Of a DNA stretch of 18,717 nucleotides, positions 17,752-18,717 are shown one piece after another. The notes below the pieces were generated by a model. The model did not search any database. It saw nothing but the letters and a program-made list of their open reading frames with translations, and was not told the origin of the DNA. The position numbers and the translations under genes are program-made. Source of the DNA: Candidatus Zixiibacteriota bacterium (lineage in GTDB: Bacteria; Zixibacteria; MSB-5A5; UBA10806; 4484-95); contig JAOZPT010000049.1 in assembly GCA_029932605.1 (NCBI GenBank), positions 1 through 18,717 on the forward strand. Direction: 5' to 3'. Within the stretch, counting starts at the first letter, position 1. Each line of letters begins with the position of its first letter.

Positions 17752-17768
17752 GTTTTAACAGTTAAAAC
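17752..17768. promoter_or_regulatory. Perfect 8-1-8 palindrome, candidate operator of the TA-like pair
   Basis: GTTTTAAC-A-GTTAAAAC, 23-39 bp upstream of ATG 17729. Confidence 0.35.
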
Positions 17769-17799
17769 CACAGGGGTTTTGACCTACTTTGATTTACAA

Positions 17800-17895
17800 G
17801 TCATTGCGAACCGAATGTGAAGCAATCTCATCATTTTACAGATAGCACAGACGTGTCCCGGAGATTGGTCGTCCATGCGGACTGGTCGCAATGAC
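17800..17895. repeat. RPE-like palindromic element (GTCATTGCGA...TCGCAATGAC)
   Basis: Perfect 10-bp terminal inverted repeats at 17800-17809 and 17886-17895; inner arms CAATCTC (17823-17829) and GAGATTG (17861-17867). Confidence 0.7.
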
Positions 17896-17932
17896 GAAAG
17901 ACATTTGCTTTTTAACATAACTTCAAGATTTA

Positions 17933-17961
17933 ATGATATATTAAAGTAGTTAAAACTGCAA
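17933..17961 (-). promoter_or_regulatory. Sigma70-type promoter facing the TA-like pair
   Basis: Minus strand: TTGCAG, 17-bp spacer, TATCAT. Confidence 0.35.
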
Positions 17962-17994
17962 GGGATTTGAGATGCATATCCTTGGATATTATAT

Positions 17995-18021
17995 TTGTCA
18001 GGTCAGGCGACCTGACAACAC
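17995..18021. repeat. REP-like hairpin, family A
   Basis: TTGTCAGGTC-aggc-GACCTGACAA-cac, a perfect 10-bp stem. Confidence 0.6.
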
Positions 18022-18038
18022 AAGAATCCGTACCTTGT

Positions 18039-18112
18039 GTAGGCGGGTAGCTTGCTGCCCGCACTAATTTCGTATTCGTAACTACTTTGTCGGTAGCAAG
18101 CTACCGACCTAC
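18039..18112. repeat. Inverted GTAG-REP doublet (REPIN-like), family B
   Basis: GTAG-GCGGGTAGC-tt-GCTGCCCGC (18039-18062) and the inverted copy GTCGGTAGC-aa-GCTACCGAC-CTAC (18089-18112). Confidence 0.75.
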
Positions 18113-18175
18113 ATTTTTTCCCTCTTTCAGTTTTAAGAATATTATGGCCTCAGAGATAAATCTTTTGGCGCAGCC

Positions 18176-18194
18176 TCAGGCGTCCTGACAACAC
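18176..18194. repeat. Partial second copy of REP family A
   Basis: TCAGGCGTCCTGACAACAC is 18/19 identical to 18003-18021. Confidence 0.6.
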
Positions 18195-18233
18195 TGAAAA
18201 AGGGGTTTTGAGCTTTAAGGCTTTTAGAAATCA

Positions 18234-18283
18234 GTAGGTCATACATTCCTGTATGACCTGACAGGCAAGAATGCCTGTCCTAC
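18234..18283. repeat. Inverted GTAG-REP doublet, family C
   Basis: GTAG-GTCATACA-ttcc-TGTATGAC-ct-GACAGGCA-agaa-TGCCTGTC-CTAC. Confidence 0.75.
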
Positions 18284-18671
18284 GGGCCTTGATCTTTAAA
18301 TACTGATTCCAGTACGATGCGAACTATATGAATTAGCATTTCTATATGTGTCATAGCAATAATTGTTAAAACAGGATAAACTTCGGTGCCGACTGCATAG
18401 GCGACATGCATAGAAAAATTTTTGAAAGCTTCTTGCGAAAACCCCAACTTCCTGTAGTATGCAATTCGCTTGGATGCGTCTAGCGGTTGTCCCAACCTAA
18501 ACTTAATATCAGGTGAAATTGATGCTACTTCAAGTTCCCGAATTCTCAAAAATTTCCTGCGGTTAAAGTATTTTTTTAGATATTCGAGAATCTTGCAATT
18601 GTTTTACGTGCTTTCGGGTTGCCTCACCCTGGTTACTAATTAATCAAAAACTCAAAGGGTTTGTTCTTTAT

Positions 18672-18699
18672 GCAGGGGCGTATCGCAATACGCCCCTAC
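18672..18699. repeat. GTAG-type REP palindrome, family D
   Basis: GCAGGGGCGTAT-cgca-ATACGCCCCTAC, ending in CTAC (GTAG on the minus strand). Confidence 0.7.
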
Positions 18700-18717
18700 C
18701 TTGTCAAAATTACACAT

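Noticed and set aside
18280..18549. 89-aa minus-strand ORF
   Set aside because: TTG start, no recognisable motifs, and its stop falls inside a REP element; probably noncoding, though a decayed gene cannot be excluded.
17995..18699. CRISPR array or integron attC cassettes
   Set aside because: The repeats differ in sequence, are irregularly spaced and partly inverted; no cas or intI gene and no consistent RYYYAAC/GTTRRRY cores.

Overview
Bacterial window of moderate-to-low GC. The 3' end of a gene with a T9SS/FlgD-type C-terminal Ig domain suggests an FCB-group organism (inference). From left to right it holds a MenA/UbiA prenyltransferase, a divergent SAM methyltransferase, and a translationally coupled pair of exported DUF3857/transglutaminase-like proteins (one with an intact Cys-His-Asp triad, one degenerate). 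An ~8.1 kb minus-strand signalling operon follows at 6414-14538: membrane HAMP-PAS histidine kinase, Rcp1-like receiver, REC-histidine kinase with a degenerate GGDEF domain keeping RxxD, two paralogous stand-alone receivers, and a receiver fused to a complete ClpA-type double-AAA+ ATPase with an IGF ClpP-docking loop. The right end has a GYD protein, an exported MTA/SAH nucleosidase, a secreted beta-rich protein, a small ORF + nucleotidyltransferase (TA-like) pair, and a noncoding tract with several REP-like palindrome families. The standout is the phosphorelay whose only apparent output is a REC-Clp unfoldase: a candidate phosphorylation-gated (possibly c-di-GMP-linked) proteolysis system.
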